A stretch of DNA of 64,000 nucleotides from Eubacteriales bacterium (lineage in GTDB: Bacteria > Bacillota > Clostridia > Oscillospirales > CAG-272): the NCBI GenBank assembly GCA_045545665.1, contig JAZQBL010000013.1:81504-145503 (forward strand), in the 5' to 3' direction. A program made the position numbers and the translations under genes. This document shows positions 49,205 through 58,406 of the stretch, one piece after another. Position 1 is the first letter of the stretch. Every line of letters starts with the position of its first letter. Below the pieces are notes generated by a model. It made no database searches and was not told the DNA's origin. It saw only the letters and a list, made by a program, of their open reading frames with translations.

Positions 49205-49233
49205 ATTATACACCCGGGATGCGGTTTTGTCAA
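49205..49233 (-). promoter_or_regulatory. consensus promoter of the Trp T-box operon
   Basis: Minus strand TTGACA (49228-49233), 17 nt spacer, TATAAT (49205-49210). Confidence 0.65.
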
Positions 49234-49251
49234 TACTTTTAAAAAATAATC

Positions 49252-49280
49252 TTGACTTACTTCCTCCTCGGATGTATAAT
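49252..49280 (+). promoter_or_regulatory. rarA promoter (divergent from the T-box promoter)
   Basis: TTGACT (49252-49257), 17 nt spacer, TATAAT (49275-49280). Confidence 0.6.
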
Positions 49281-49314
49281 GAAATTAAATAATAAAGAAG
49301 AACGGTAGAAAATT

Positions 49315-50580
49315 ATGATGGTACGTCCTTTAGCTGACAGAATGCGCCCGGAGGATTTTGACGACATAGTCGGTCAGGAGCATCTGTTCGGCGAAAACGG
49401 TTCGCTTCGCAATATGATACGGTCGGGATACATAACCAATATGATATTTTACGGCCCTCCCGGAACGGGCAAAACGACGAGCGCGAACATAATAGCAAAA
49501 AAATCAAATATGACGATGTATAAGCTCAACGCAACGACAGCATCACTTGCAGACGTCAAGGAAATCGCAGAGCAAACGTCATCGGCACTCGGCGAAGGCG
49601 GAATACTTCTGTACCTCGACGAGATACAGTATTTCAACAAAAAACAGCAGCAGTCGCTGCTTGAATATATCGAAGACGGCAGAATAACTCTCATCGCATC
49701 GACTGCGGAGAATCCTTTCTTCTCGGTATACAGCGCCGTTATTTCACGAAGTGCGGTGTTTGAATTCAAGCCCGTAAAGCCGAAGGAATGTGTAAAAAGG
49801 CTCAGAAAAGCTCTTGACGTGCTAAACGGAGATATAGGATGTGACGTTACCTGTACGGACGGTGTGCTTGAGTATATAGCATCCGTTTGCGGAGGTGACG
49901 TAAGGCGTTCTATCGGAATGCTTGAGTACGTAAGATACGCCGCAGACGGCGAGATAACGAAAGAGCTTACCGATAAATTCATTCCCGACACAATGAGAGG
50001 TCAGGGAGCTTTCGCAAAAGACGGCGACGGACACTACGACCTGCTTTCGGCTTTTCAGAAGTCGATAAGAGGATCCGATCCCGACGCATCTGTTTTTTAT
50101 CTTGCAAAGCTGCTCGGAGCAGGTGAGCTTTTAAGCGTCGTGCGCCGTCTTTCGGTGATAGCATCGGAGGATATAGGTGCGGCGTATCCGCAGGCAGCGT
50201 CAATAACGTACGCCTGCTGTCAGCAGGCACTGTCGCTCGGGTTGCCCGAGGCACGCATACCGCTTGCAAACTGCGTTATAATGCTTGCAACGTCACCGAA
50301 ATCCGTAACGGCACTTGAAGCGTACGATACGGCAGCGGCAGATATCGCAAACGGACTCGGCAAAAACATCCCGTCCCATCTTCTCGACAGCCATTATGCA
50401 GGGGCGGAAGTGCTCGGACACGGACAAGGGTACAAATATCCGCACGCATATGAAAACGACTATATCCCCCAGCAGTACCTGCCCGACGATATCAAAAACA
50501 AAACGTATTACACGTACGGAACGAACAAAACGGAGCAAGCCGCAAAAGCGTATTGGGATAAGATCAAAGAGAAAAAATAG
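49315..50580 (+). CDS. rarA: replication-associated recombination protein A (AAA+ ATPase)
   Basis: PLADRMRPEDFDDIVGQEHL, GPPGTGKTT, LYLDEIQYFNKKQQ, C-terminal MgsA/RarA helical domain. Confidence 0.9.
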   Translation: MMVRPLADRMRPEDFDDIVGQEHLFGENGSLRNMIRSGYITNMIFYGPPGTGKTTSANIIAKKSNMTMYKLNATTASLADVKEIAEQTSSALGEGGILLYLDEIQYFNKKQQQSLLEYIEDGRITLIASTAENPFFSVYSAVISRSAVFEFKPVKPKECVKRLRKALDVLNGDIGCDVTCTDGVLEYIASVCGGDVRRSIGMLEYVRYAADGEITKELTDKFIPDTMRGQGAFAKDGDGHYDLLSAFQKSIRGSDPDASVFYLAKLLGAGELLSVVRRLSVIASEDIGAAYPQAASITYACCQQALSLGLPEARIPLANCVIMLATSPKSVTALEAYDTAAADIANGLGKNIPSHLLDSHYAGAEVLGHGQGYKYPHAYENDYIPQQYLPDDIKNKTYYTYGTNKTEQAAKAYWDKIKEKK

Positions 50581-50716
50581 CCCTTCTCTGCAGTTGTAAT
50601 GAATTTAAAACCGATCGGTGCATATTATCACGCACCGCACACAGGGCTTGCCCCGCCGAAACGAACACCACAGAATGCACATCATCGAAAAAACAAATCT
50701 GAATAACTTAAAACTA

Positions 50717-50750
50717 CCCCTGCAGATCAGAGATCTGCAGGGGTGGTTTT
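50717..50750. terminator. bidirectional terminator (rarA / small lipoprotein gene)
   Basis: Perfect 12-bp stem cccctgcagatc-aga-gatctgcagggg followed by tggtttt. Confidence 0.8.
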
Positions 50751-50754
50751 GAGT

Positions 50755-51039
50755 TTATCGCATTTCCTTGTCGAAAAAGTGACGTGCGTCGCTTATTGCA
50801 TCGGTGATTATTTCGGGAAGGCCGCCGCCTTCTCCGTCGTTTACCGTATCGCTTTCCTTCGTCGTTTCTTTTTCGGTAACTCTGTCGGTGACCTTCTCCG
50901 TCGCTTTGTCGGTAACTCTGTCGGTTACGGGTGTTGTTGCCGGTGCTTTCGTTGTCGTACTGTCTTTTTCGTCTTTTCCGCAGGCGCAGACCGAAAGCGA
51001 CACTGCGGCAGCGAGAAATATCAAATAAAGTTTTTTCAT
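50755..51039 (-). CDS. small lipoprotein with TD/TE-rich repeats
   Basis: 94 aa. Lipobox LSVCACG. Repeated VTDRVTDKATEKVTDRVTEKE encoded by a repeated tcggtaactctgtcggt DNA unit. Confidence 0.6.
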   Translation of the reverse strand: MKKLYLIFLAAAVSLSVCACGKDEKDSTTTKAPATTPVTDRVTDKATEKVTDRVTEKETTKESDTVNDGEGGGLPEIITDAISDARHFFDKEMR

Positions 51040-51321
51040 TTTTAAATTGATTTCCTTTCCGAAGCGCAGTGTCTTTTTACTGCGCCGAAGATAGTTTTGC
51101 CGAAAAAAGTCATCATATGCGTTTTTTTCATTGGAAAATCGAGGTTATTTCGCTTTGCAAAAAAATTTACAAAATAAATTTACGATAACTATTGACAAAA
51201 CGCCACCTGTTGGATTATAATAAATCCGCTTGCCCTATATGGGTAAATAATTGATTATGTCGGTGCTGTAATCGGGGCATCTGTATATAATTATTCCGCT
51301 TATTACAAAGGAGGTTCCAAA

Positions 51322-51456
51322 ATGCTCAGAACATATCAGCCTAAAAAACGCCAAAGAAAAAAGGAACACGGTTTCAGAAAAAGAATGAGAACCGCTAACG
51401 GCAGAAAAGTCCTCAAGCGCCGCCGCGCTAAGGGCAGAGCAAGACTTACTTATTGA
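51322..51456 (+). CDS. rpmH: 50S ribosomal protein L34
   Basis: Not in the ORF track (44 aa). [54 protein letters not shown]. Confidence 0.95.
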   Translation: MLRTYQPKKRQRKKEHGFRKRMRTANGRKVLKRRRAKGRARLTY

Positions 51457-51510
51457 TTCTTGCTTGAAAAGTTGCATTTCGGGGCTGTTGGCATCCTGTC
51501 AATAGCCCTC

Positions 51511-51546
51511 CCCTCGTTCTTCAGAACGGGGGAATACTTTTTTTAT
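51511..51546 (+). terminator. hairpin + T-run between rpmH and rnpA (terminator/attenuator)
   Basis: ccctcgttc-ttca-gaacggggg (one G-U pair), then aatacttttttt. Confidence 0.5.
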
Positions 51547-51576
51547 AAAAATTTGTACCGAGGCAGGTCTTGGTAA

Positions 51577-51948
51577 ATGAAGCTGTACGCCATCAAAGAA
51601 AACCATTTGTTTTCAAAAGTATATGCGAAAGGCAAAAAAGCCGTAACGCATACCGTTTGTGTTTATACACTGCCCGATTATCACGCAGCACGCTTACAGC
51701 GGGCGCATCCATTAAAATTGAGGATCAACCGTGTCGGTTTTACCGTCACGAAGAAGCTCGGATCGGCACCTTCTCGCAACAGGGCGAAAAGGGTAATGCG
51801 TGAAGCCTATTACAAGGCTCAAAAATTATATAACATCAAAACGGGAAAGCTTATCGTTATCGCCGCAAGACAGGCTGCAACGGAAGCAAAGACAGACGAG
51901 GTGTTCAAAGATCTCATCTGTGCGTTTGAAAAGACGGGACTTATATAA
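51577..51948 (+). CDS. rnpA: ribonuclease P protein component
   Basis: 123 aa. Basic protein with RVGFTVTKKLGSAPSRNRAKRVMRE (RNR motif). Follows rpmH. Confidence 0.9.
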   Translation: MKLYAIKENHLFSKVYAKGKKAVTHTVCVYTLPDYHAARLQRAHPLKLRINRVGFTVTKKLGSAPSRNRAKRVMREAYYKAQKLYNIKTGKLIVIAARQAATEAKTDEVFKDLICAFEKTGLI

Positions 51949-52197
51949 ATGAAATACGTTTGTATGTTCATAATAAAGCTGTACCGTCGCTTTATTTCAC
52001 CATTGAAGCCGCAATGCTGTCGGTTCACACCCTCATGCTCGCAATACGCGTATGAGGCTTTTTCCAAACGAGGTTTTTTCGTGGGTCTATGCTTAAGTGT
52101 TTGGCGGATACTGCGTTGTAATCCCTTTTGCAAAGGCGGTTACGATCCCGTACCCGAAAAAGGCAAAGCCCCAACAGCAAAGAAAAATGAGGAGTAA
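51949..52197 (+). CDS. yidD: membrane protein insertion efficiency factor YidD
   Basis: [29 protein letters not shown]...[17 protein letters not shown]. Confidence 0.9.
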   Translation: MKYVCMFIIKLYRRFISPLKPQCCRFTPSCSQYAYEAFSKRGFFVGLCLSVWRILRCNPFCKGGYDPVPEKGKAPTAKKNEE

Positions 52198-52205
52198 GGC
52201 ATTAA

Positions 52206-53426
52206 ATGTTCGATTGGGTTGCCGAAATACTTAAATATGTAATGATATTTTGCGATAAAATATCGTTCCATAACTATGCGCTTGCACTTTTTCTGTTTGC
52301 CCTGATAGTAAAGATAATTCTTTTCCCGTTCGGTATAAAGCAGCAGAAAAACCAGGCAAAATCCGCACAGCTCCGTCCCAAGGAATTGGCGATACGTAAA
52401 AAATACAAGGGCCGTACGGATCAGCAAACACAGCAAAAAATGACAATGGAGATACAGGAAATGTATCAAAAGGAAGGCTACAGCCAGTTCGGCGGTTGCC
52501 TGCCCTTGCTCATACAGCTTCCCGTACTTTATTCACTTTATGCCATTATCCAGAATCCTCTTTATTACGTCTGCCGTTTTTCAACAGCTCAGATAGAGAC
52601 GATAACGGAAGCGTATAACCGTGCTACAGGCTATATAAGCGGAGTCGTAAACTCAACTTATACCGCTGCCATCAACGTATTGAGCTACGTAAACAAAAAC
52701 GGCGCACAGCCGATAATCGACCACCTTCCCAAGGACGGTATCGTTCCCGAAGGTGCTGTCAGTGCAAGCGGTGCTGCCATAACGGATTGGAGCACTTTCT
52801 GTGCGGATATCGCCGAAAGACTTTCCTCTCCCGACCTTCCCAACTTCAACCTGTTCGGAATATTCGACCTCGGTAAAGCACCGAACGTCGCATCGGGTAT
52901 ATATCTTCTCGTTCCCGTCGTCGTATTTTTGGCGATGTTCGTAACAATGAAGATACAGAAGAAGTTTACCTATCAGCCTATGGCGGCAGAAGGTACGCCG
53001 AACGTATCCATGAAGATGATGGATATAATGATGCCCGCACTTTCGGCATTTTTGAGCTACAGCTTGCCTACGGCACTTGCTCTTTACTGGGTATATCAGA
53101 ACGTACTCGGTCTTGCACAGCAGATCATACTTGCGAAGATTATCCCCATTCCGAAGCTTTCCGATGAAGAAATAAGACAGATGCAGAAGGAAGCCGAAAA
53201 AGAAGCGGCGGCAGCACGTAAAGCTCAGATAGCTGAGAAGAAAACAAATCCGAAACGCTCGTTGCATCACATAGACGACGATGAGGAAGACATCCCCAGA
53301 CGTAAAGGCGATGACAGTATGGAGGACGACTCCGTATTCATCAAGAATAAAGAGAAAGAAAAAAACAAAAAGATAAGCAAAGCAGAGCTTAAAGACGATA
53401 AAAAAGATTCTGACAGCGAGGAATAA
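52206..53426 (+). CDS. yidC: membrane protein insertase YidC (SpoIIIJ-like) with long Lys/Glu-rich tail
   Basis: ALFLFALIVKIILFPF, GCLPLLIQLPV and ALALYWVYQN motifs. Position after yidD. Confidence 0.9.
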   Translation: MFDWVAEILKYVMIFCDKISFHNYALALFLFALIVKIILFPFGIKQQKNQAKSAQLRPKELAIRKKYKGRTDQQTQQKMTMEIQEMYQKEGYSQFGGCLPLLIQLPVLYSLYAIIQNPLYYVCRFSTAQIETITEAYNRATGYISGVVNSTYTAAINVLSYVNKNGAQPIIDHLPKDGIVPEGAVSASGAAITDWSTFCADIAERLSSPDLPNFNLFGIFDLGKAPNVASGIYLLVPVVVFLAMFVTMKIQKKFTYQPMAAEGTPNVSMKMMDIMMPALSAFLSYSLPTALALYWVYQNVLGLAQQIILAKIIPIPKLSDEEIRQMQKEAEKEAAAARKAQIAEKKTNPKRSLHHIDDDEEDIPRRKGDDSMEDDSVFIKNKEKEKNKKISKAELKDDKKDSDSEE

Positions 53427-53456
53427 TTTTTAGTCCATATATATTGGAGAAATTTA

Positions 53457-54104
53457 ATGAAAAAGGAACTTATTGCAGTCGGAAAAACGACGGAAGCGGC
53501 TGTTGCGGACGCATGTTCGCAGCTCGGCGTTGAATTGTCCGACGTTACCTACGAGGTCTTAGAAGAAGCGAAGAAGGGCTTTCTCGGTATGGGTGCAACA
53601 CCTGCAAAGGTCAAAGTCATCTACGCTGTATCCCCCGTTAAGACAGCGGCGGAATTCATAAAGACACTCATTGAAAATATGAACCTCACCGCCGAAGTAA
53701 AGGTAGAGGAAAACGAAGACGGTGCTTTGATAAGCATAAGCGGCGACGATGCCGGCGTGCTCATCGGTCACCACGGCGACACGCTTGATTCTTTGCAGTA
53801 CCTCACGAATCTCGCCGCAAACAAAAAAGACGGCGCAGATGATGAACGTGTATACGCAAGGATCACGGTCGATATAGAAAATTACCGTGCAAAGCGTGAA
53901 GAAACGCTCCGCACACTTGCAAGAAGAACAGCCGACAGAGTAAGAAGAACGAGAAGAAACGTAACTCTTGAGCCTATGTCCGCTCAGGAAAGACGTATCA
54001 TCCATTCCGAAATACAGGATATTGAAGGTATAACCACCTTCTCCGTCGGTCAGGAATCTAACCGCAAGGTCGTCGTTGCCATCGACAAAAAAGCACAGGC
54101 ATAA
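53457..54104 (+). CDS. jag: Jag/KhpB RNA-binding protein (KH + R3H)
   Basis: 215 aa. GHHGDTLDSLQYL (KH) and LEPMSAQERRIIHSE (R3H). Follows yidC. Confidence 0.85.
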   Translation: MKKELIAVGKTTEAAVADACSQLGVELSDVTYEVLEEAKKGFLGMGATPAKVKVIYAVSPVKTAAEFIKTLIENMNLTAEVKVEENEDGALISISGDDAGVLIGHHGDTLDSLQYLTNLAANKKDGADDERVYARITVDIENYRAKREETLRTLARRTADRVRRTRRNVTLEPMSAQERRIIHSEIQDIEGITTFSVGQESNRKVVVAIDKKAQA

Positions 54105-54117
54105 CTTATAAAAAACG

Positions 54118-54154
54118 ATCTCCCGCAAGCCAAACGGTCTGCGGGAGATTTTCA
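54118..54154 (+). terminator. jag terminator
   Basis: atctcccgc ... gcgggagat stem followed by TTTTC. Confidence 0.75.
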
Positions 54155-54195
54155 ATTTATTAAAATTTCAACTATATCGCCCATACGTTGATATA

Positions 54196-54221
54196 GGTCG
54201 CCGAGGGCGCCGACCACTACA
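54196..54221 (-). repeat. REP-like unit (TGTAG + hairpin, read on the minus strand)
   Basis: The plus strand reads ggtcg-ccgagggcgc-cgacc-actaca. Its reverse complement reads tgtagt-ggtcg...cgacc. Confidence 0.5.
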
Positions 54222-54266
54222 TCTCCATTGTTCATCTGAGGGAGAATGCGTGAATCCGCCCTACAT

Positions 54267-54926
54267 TTATACGGGCTGTTGGGACGGTGCTTGTTTTATG
54301 TATTTTTCACAGAGAGAAGAAAGCGGGCAGACTTCACACGCAGGTGAGCGGGAAGAGCATACTTCCCTTCCGAAAAGCACGAGTCTATGGCAAAAATCGG
54401 ACTGCTCTTCGGACTCTACAAGCTCACGAAGTATCCTTTCCGTTTTTTCCGGTGACGATTTTTCGGGACAAAGTCCGAGTCTTGCGCTTATTCTGATACA
54501 GTGTGTATCGGCAACTATTGCAGGCTTATCGTATATATCCCCCAGAATGAGATTGGCAATTTTCCTGCCGACGCCGGGAAGTGTCAGAAGCTCCTCCATC
54601 GTATCGGGCACTTTTGCGCCGTATTCGTTTATTATCCTTTGCGCCATTCCTTTAAGGCTTTGCGCCTTCGTTTTGTAAAGTCCGCAGGAAAATATGAGTT
54701 TTTCAATTTCGGAAAGCTCGGCGTTTGCCATTGCGTACACGTCGGGTATATATTCAAACAGCTTTACGCAGACCTCGTTTACACGAGCATCCGTACACTG
54801 TGCGGACAGTCTGCCCATTACGAGCAGCCGCCAGGGATCTTCATTATACTCCAGCGCACACAATGCCACCGGGTATTTTTCTTTTAATTTTTCCACGCAC
54901 AGCGCGGCTTTTTTCTTTTTATCCAT
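54267..54926 (-). CDS. nth: endonuclease III
   Basis: HhH-GPD LPGVGRKIANLIL, catalytic DTH, and a C-terminal 4Fe-4S cluster Cx6Cx2Cx5C (CSSRSPACEVCPLSSLC). Start at the ATG at 54926 after GGAGA. Confidence 0.9.
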   Translation of the reverse strand: MDKKKKAALCVEKLKEKYPVALCALEYNEDPWRLLVMGRLSAQCTDARVNEVCVKLFEYIPDVYAMANAELSEIEKLIFSCGLYKTKAQSLKGMAQRIINEYGAKVPDTMEELLTLPGVGRKIANLILGDIYDKPAIVADTHCIRISARLGLCPEKSSPEKTERILRELVESEEQSDFCHRLVLFGREVCSSRSPACEVCPLSSLCEKYIKQAPSQQPV

Positions 54927-54960
54927 ATTTTTCTCCATTACGGCATTGTGAAATTCAAGA

Positions 54961-56436
54961 TCACGTCTCAATTTCAAACCAGAAAACAGAGCCTTTTCCT
55001 TCACTGCTTAAAACGCCGTATGTACCGCCGTGAAGCTCAATTACGCCCTTGACTATCGAAAGACCGAGTCCTGTGCCGATGCTTGCGCGTTTATGCGCTT
55101 TATTTTCCTTATAGTATCTGTCCCAGATATTTTTGAAATTTTCTTCCGATATTCCGCATCCCGTATCTTCGACCTCAATACGGACCGTGTTTTCACCCCT
55201 GATCTGTCTTACCGTTACACGTTTATCGTCGCCCGTATAATTTATGGCGTTGTTTATGAGATTGTACACCGCCTGTGATATTTTAAGCTCGTCAGCGTTT
55301 ACCGTTACGTTTTCGCCGTGCTCGAACACTATTTCGTATCCCTCTGCGGCTTTCATTTTCGAATATCTCGATACTATTTCAACTATCGATTCCGTGATAT
55401 CAAATTCCTCTTTATTCAAGGAATCCATTCCCGATTCTATTTTTGACAGCGAGAGTATATCGTTTACGAGTCTGCGGAGATGCTCCGCCTCGTCTATTAT
55501 GACCTGCACGTTTTCGGGTGTATTTTCTCCCGGTATATCGCGCATTACCTCACCGTATCCCATTATCATCGTAAGAGGTGTACGCAGGTCGTGGGAGACG
55601 TTTGCAATAAGCTCACGTCTTAAGCCGTCAACCTTTGAAAGCTCCCCTGCGGCATAGTTCAGCGTATCGGAAAGCTCCTCTGTCTCCTTGAAGCCCTCGC
55701 CGTTGAAGTCTGCCCCGTAATTACCGTCGGCAAGCTTTTTTGCGGATTCGTTTATCCTTACTATAGGTGTTGACAGCTTTCTTGAAATATAAAGTCCGCC
55801 ACAGACTGCTATTATTATGAAAATAATGCTCATCACCGTAAGCTGATTCGTTATTGTTTTTACCGTGGAATCAACGGGTTCAAGCTCTGCGCTCACCATT
55901 ATGTAAGCTTTTCTGCCGTCAAGCATATACGTTGATATGCTGTATATAAAGCTTTGTATCTTCTCTTCCGTGACCGCGTTGTCGTTTTTATCGGGACGTC
56001 CGAAAAACGGCGGCGGATCCGTGTCGTGTATTTTTATCTTCTCGGTATGCCGTCCGAAATATTCTCCGCCCTCTTCTTCCGTTTTATATACGTAATAGCG
56101 TACCGTATCGTCATTTTTGAGTATACTGCCGTAGGATACGGTCTGTATATAATTCAGCACGCCGTTACCTTCAAAAAGCACCTTTATATCGACCGATCTT
56201 TCATCTGCCTGTGCATCGACCGTATCGGTTATATTTTCGGAATTTATATTTTCTTTTACCGTTTGCGCTGCTTTTATTATTTCTTTGTGGACTGCCGTTT
56301 CATAGAAGAAGTCAAGCAAAACCACCTGAAATATCCAGACAGTCAGCAAAAGCATTGCGGCAAACACCATAGTGTATACGGTTATTTTTGTTCTTATCTT
56401 GCCTTGTTTTTTCGGTTTGGAGCTTTCTGTGACCAT
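54961..56436 (-). CDS. sensor histidine kinase (2 TM, HAMP, HisKA, HATPase_c)
   Basis: H-box ANVSHDLRTPLT, N-box NLINNAINYT, G-boxes DTGCGI and GTGLGLSI. Confidence 0.87.
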   Translation of the reverse strand: MVTESSKPKKQGKIRTKITVYTMVFAAMLLLTVWIFQVVLLDFFYETAVHKEIIKAAQTVKENINSENITDTVDAQADERSVDIKVLFEGNGVLNYIQTVSYGSILKNDDTVRYYVYKTEEEGGEYFGRHTEKIKIHDTDPPPFFGRPDKNDNAVTEEKIQSFIYSISTYMLDGRKAYIMVSAELEPVDSTVKTITNQLTVMSIIFIIIAVCGGLYISRKLSTPIVRINESAKKLADGNYGADFNGEGFKETEELSDTLNYAAGELSKVDGLRRELIANVSHDLRTPLTMIMGYGEVMRDIPGENTPENVQVIIDEAEHLRRLVNDILSLSKIESGMDSLNKEEFDITESIVEIVSRYSKMKAAEGYEIVFEHGENVTVNADELKISQAVYNLINNAINYTGDDKRVTVRQIRGENTVRIEVEDTGCGISEENFKNIWDRYYKENKAHKRASIGTGLGLSIVKGVIELHGGTYGVLSSEGKGSVFWFEIET

Positions 56437-56438
56437 CG

Positions 56439-57113
56439 TCAGCCCTCGAACCTGTAGCCGACACCGCGCAGGGTGACTATGAAACGTGCGTAATCGCCAA
56501 GGCTTTTACGCAAAAGCTTTATGTGAGTGTCGAGCGTTCGGTCGTCGCCGTAAAAATCGTACCCCCACACCTCTGTTATAAGCTTTTCACGTGTTAAGGC
56601 AATGCCTCTGTTTCTCACAAGATAGAACAAAAGGTCGTATTCTTTCGGTGTCATTTCCACCTTTTTTCCGTCAACGCATACGAGTCTTGCGGTAAAATCC
56701 ACCGTAAGTCCTTCAAGGGTAACTATATCTTTGCTGACAGAGTCGTCGCTTTTCTTCGTTCTTCCGATAACGGCGGCGACACGCATCATAAGCTCCTTCG
56801 GTGAAAAGGGCTTTACGACGTAATCGTCCGCTCCCACTTCAAAGCCGTGTATTCTGTCGTACTCCTCACCCCGTGCCGAAAGCATTATAACGGGTGTGTT
56901 TTTTCTTTTTCTTATTTCTTTTGATGCTGAAAATCCGTCAAGAAACGGCATCATTATATCCATTATTATGAGGTCGTAGTTGTTTTTCTTACATTTTTCG
57001 ACAGCCTGCATACCGTCGGACGCCTCATCCGTTTCGTATCCTTCGAATTCGGCGTATTTTTTTATAAGCTCACGGATCTTGTCCTCGTCGTCAACAATAA
57101 GCAATTTATACAT
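56439..57113 (-). CDS. OmpR-family response regulator
   Basis: MYKLLIVDDEDKIRE...DLIIMDIMMP receiver domain and a C-terminal winged helix (TLRGVGYRF). Start at 57113 after AAAGGGG. Confidence 0.9.
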   Translation of the reverse strand: MYKLLIVDDEDKIRELIKKYAEFEGYETDEASDGMQAVEKCKKNNYDLIIMDIMMPFLDGFSASKEIRKRKNTPVIMLSARGEEYDRIHGFEVGADDYVVKPFSPKELMMRVAAVIGRTKKSDDSVSKDIVTLEGLTVDFTARLVCVDGKKVEMTPKEYDLLFYLVRNRGIALTREKLITEVWGYDFYGDDRTLDTHIKLLRKSLGDYARFIVTLRGVGYRFEG

Positions 57114-57184
57114 AAAGCACCCCTTTTCCATACGTGATCATTTTAACTCTTGATTGTGATAATTTAATGACGGCAAACTGAATA

Positions 57185-58201
57185 TCATTCCGTTTTTTTC
57201 GGCTTGTAGCCGGAAAGCGGATTTTGTTTCGTTGCCCTTTCCACGTCCTCGTTTACGACGTGTGTGTATATCTGTGTCGTATTGAGCTGTTCGTGGCCGA
57301 GTATCTCCTGTAAAACTCTTACGTCAACTCCGCCTTCTCTGTACATAAGCGTTGCCGCCGTGTGGCGCAGCTTATGCGTTGACAGATTTTTGTATTCGTA
57401 TCCCGCATCGGCAAGATACTTTTCGACACGCTTCTGTACGGCGTTGTTTGATATCCTTTTTTGTCTTGTTGACAAAAACAGCGGATGCTTACCCCGTTCG
57501 ACACACGTGACGTTGCATCTTTCCTCAAGATACTCGACGATAGCCTCCTTGCAGGCGGGGTTTATGTAAACTATACGTTCTTTTCTTCCCTTACCGAGCA
57601 CGTTTATACGTGTCATTTCGCCGTCGAAATCCTCAAGATTTATCATAACAAGCTCCGAAAGCCGCATACCCGTATTCAAAAACAAAAGTATCATTGCGTA
57701 ATCACGCCGTCTTGTGCATGACTTTACGTCGGCGGCTATGACGTCAAGCAGATGTGCGCTTTCTTCAAGAGTTAAAAATTTCGGGGATGACATTCGGATA
57801 AACGCCCCTTCGATATCCTTTACGGGATTGTTCTTGCATATATGCACGGCAACGGTCGCATACTTGTAAAGTCCTTTCAAAGCCGACATTTTTCTCGCAA
57901 GGCTTCGCGCCGATATACCTCTTTCCTGACGCATATACATCTGATAGTCGTAGACCTCCGTCACCTGAACGTTTTCAAGAAATTCACCGTTTACACAGTT
58001 AAGCTGTATATTTTCGAACTCTTCACCGAAGACGGGAAGACCTTGTCTGTTTGCTATGATAAATTTAAAAAATATACGCAGATCGCATATGTATTCATCG
58101 ACCGTCTTCTGCGTTCTGTTCTGGCTTGTCAGCTTGTACGCTCTGAAATCACGCAAAACAGGGGACATAACGGCATCTGCGATAATTCTGTCACTTGCCA
58201 A
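57185..58201 (-). CDS. tyrosine recombinase, XerC/XerD-like (start uncertain)
   Basis: LNTGMRLSEL, GKGRKER and HKLRHTAATLMY...LGHEQLNTTQIYTHV (R-H-R-Y catalytic set). A TTG at 58201 follows AAGAGGTG. An ATG at 58168 is the alternative start. Confidence 0.8.
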   Translation of the reverse strand: MASDRIIADAVMSPVLRDFRAYKLTSQNRTQKTVDEYICDLRIFFKFIIANRQGLPVFGEEFENIQLNCVNGEFLENVQVTEVYDYQMYMRQERGISARSLARKMSALKGLYKYATVAVHICKNNPVKDIEGAFIRMSSPKFLTLEESAHLLDVIAADVKSCTRRRDYAMILLFLNTGMRLSELVMINLEDFDGEMTRINVLGKGRKERIVYINPACKEAIVEYLEERCNVTCVERGKHPLFLSTRQKRISNNAVQKRVEKYLADAGYEYKNLSTHKLRHTAATLMYREGGVDVRVLQEILGHEQLNTTQIYTHVVNEDVERATKQNPLSGYKPKKTE

Positions 58202-58406
58202 AAAAACACCTCTTTTCGAAATTATTATACAAAATTTCAAAAGCATTGTAGTGTACAAAATGTAATTTGTTTTTTAAAATTGCTGACAGTGTAATAATTG
58301 TTAATAAACAATCCCAATAAAATTAACTGATATTTTCAGAAGCTGTGTTATAATTAATTGTTAAACAGTCGTATTCCGTCTGTATTCAAAACATTTTCAG
58401 GAGGAA

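Noticed and set aside
57185-58406. The tyrosine recombinase as a marker of an integrated mobile element.
   Set aside because: I found no flanking direct repeats, no tRNA target and no cargo-like genes. The neighbours are a two-component system, nth and an SGNH hydrolase with host-like composition. A housekeeping Xer-type recombinase is more likely.
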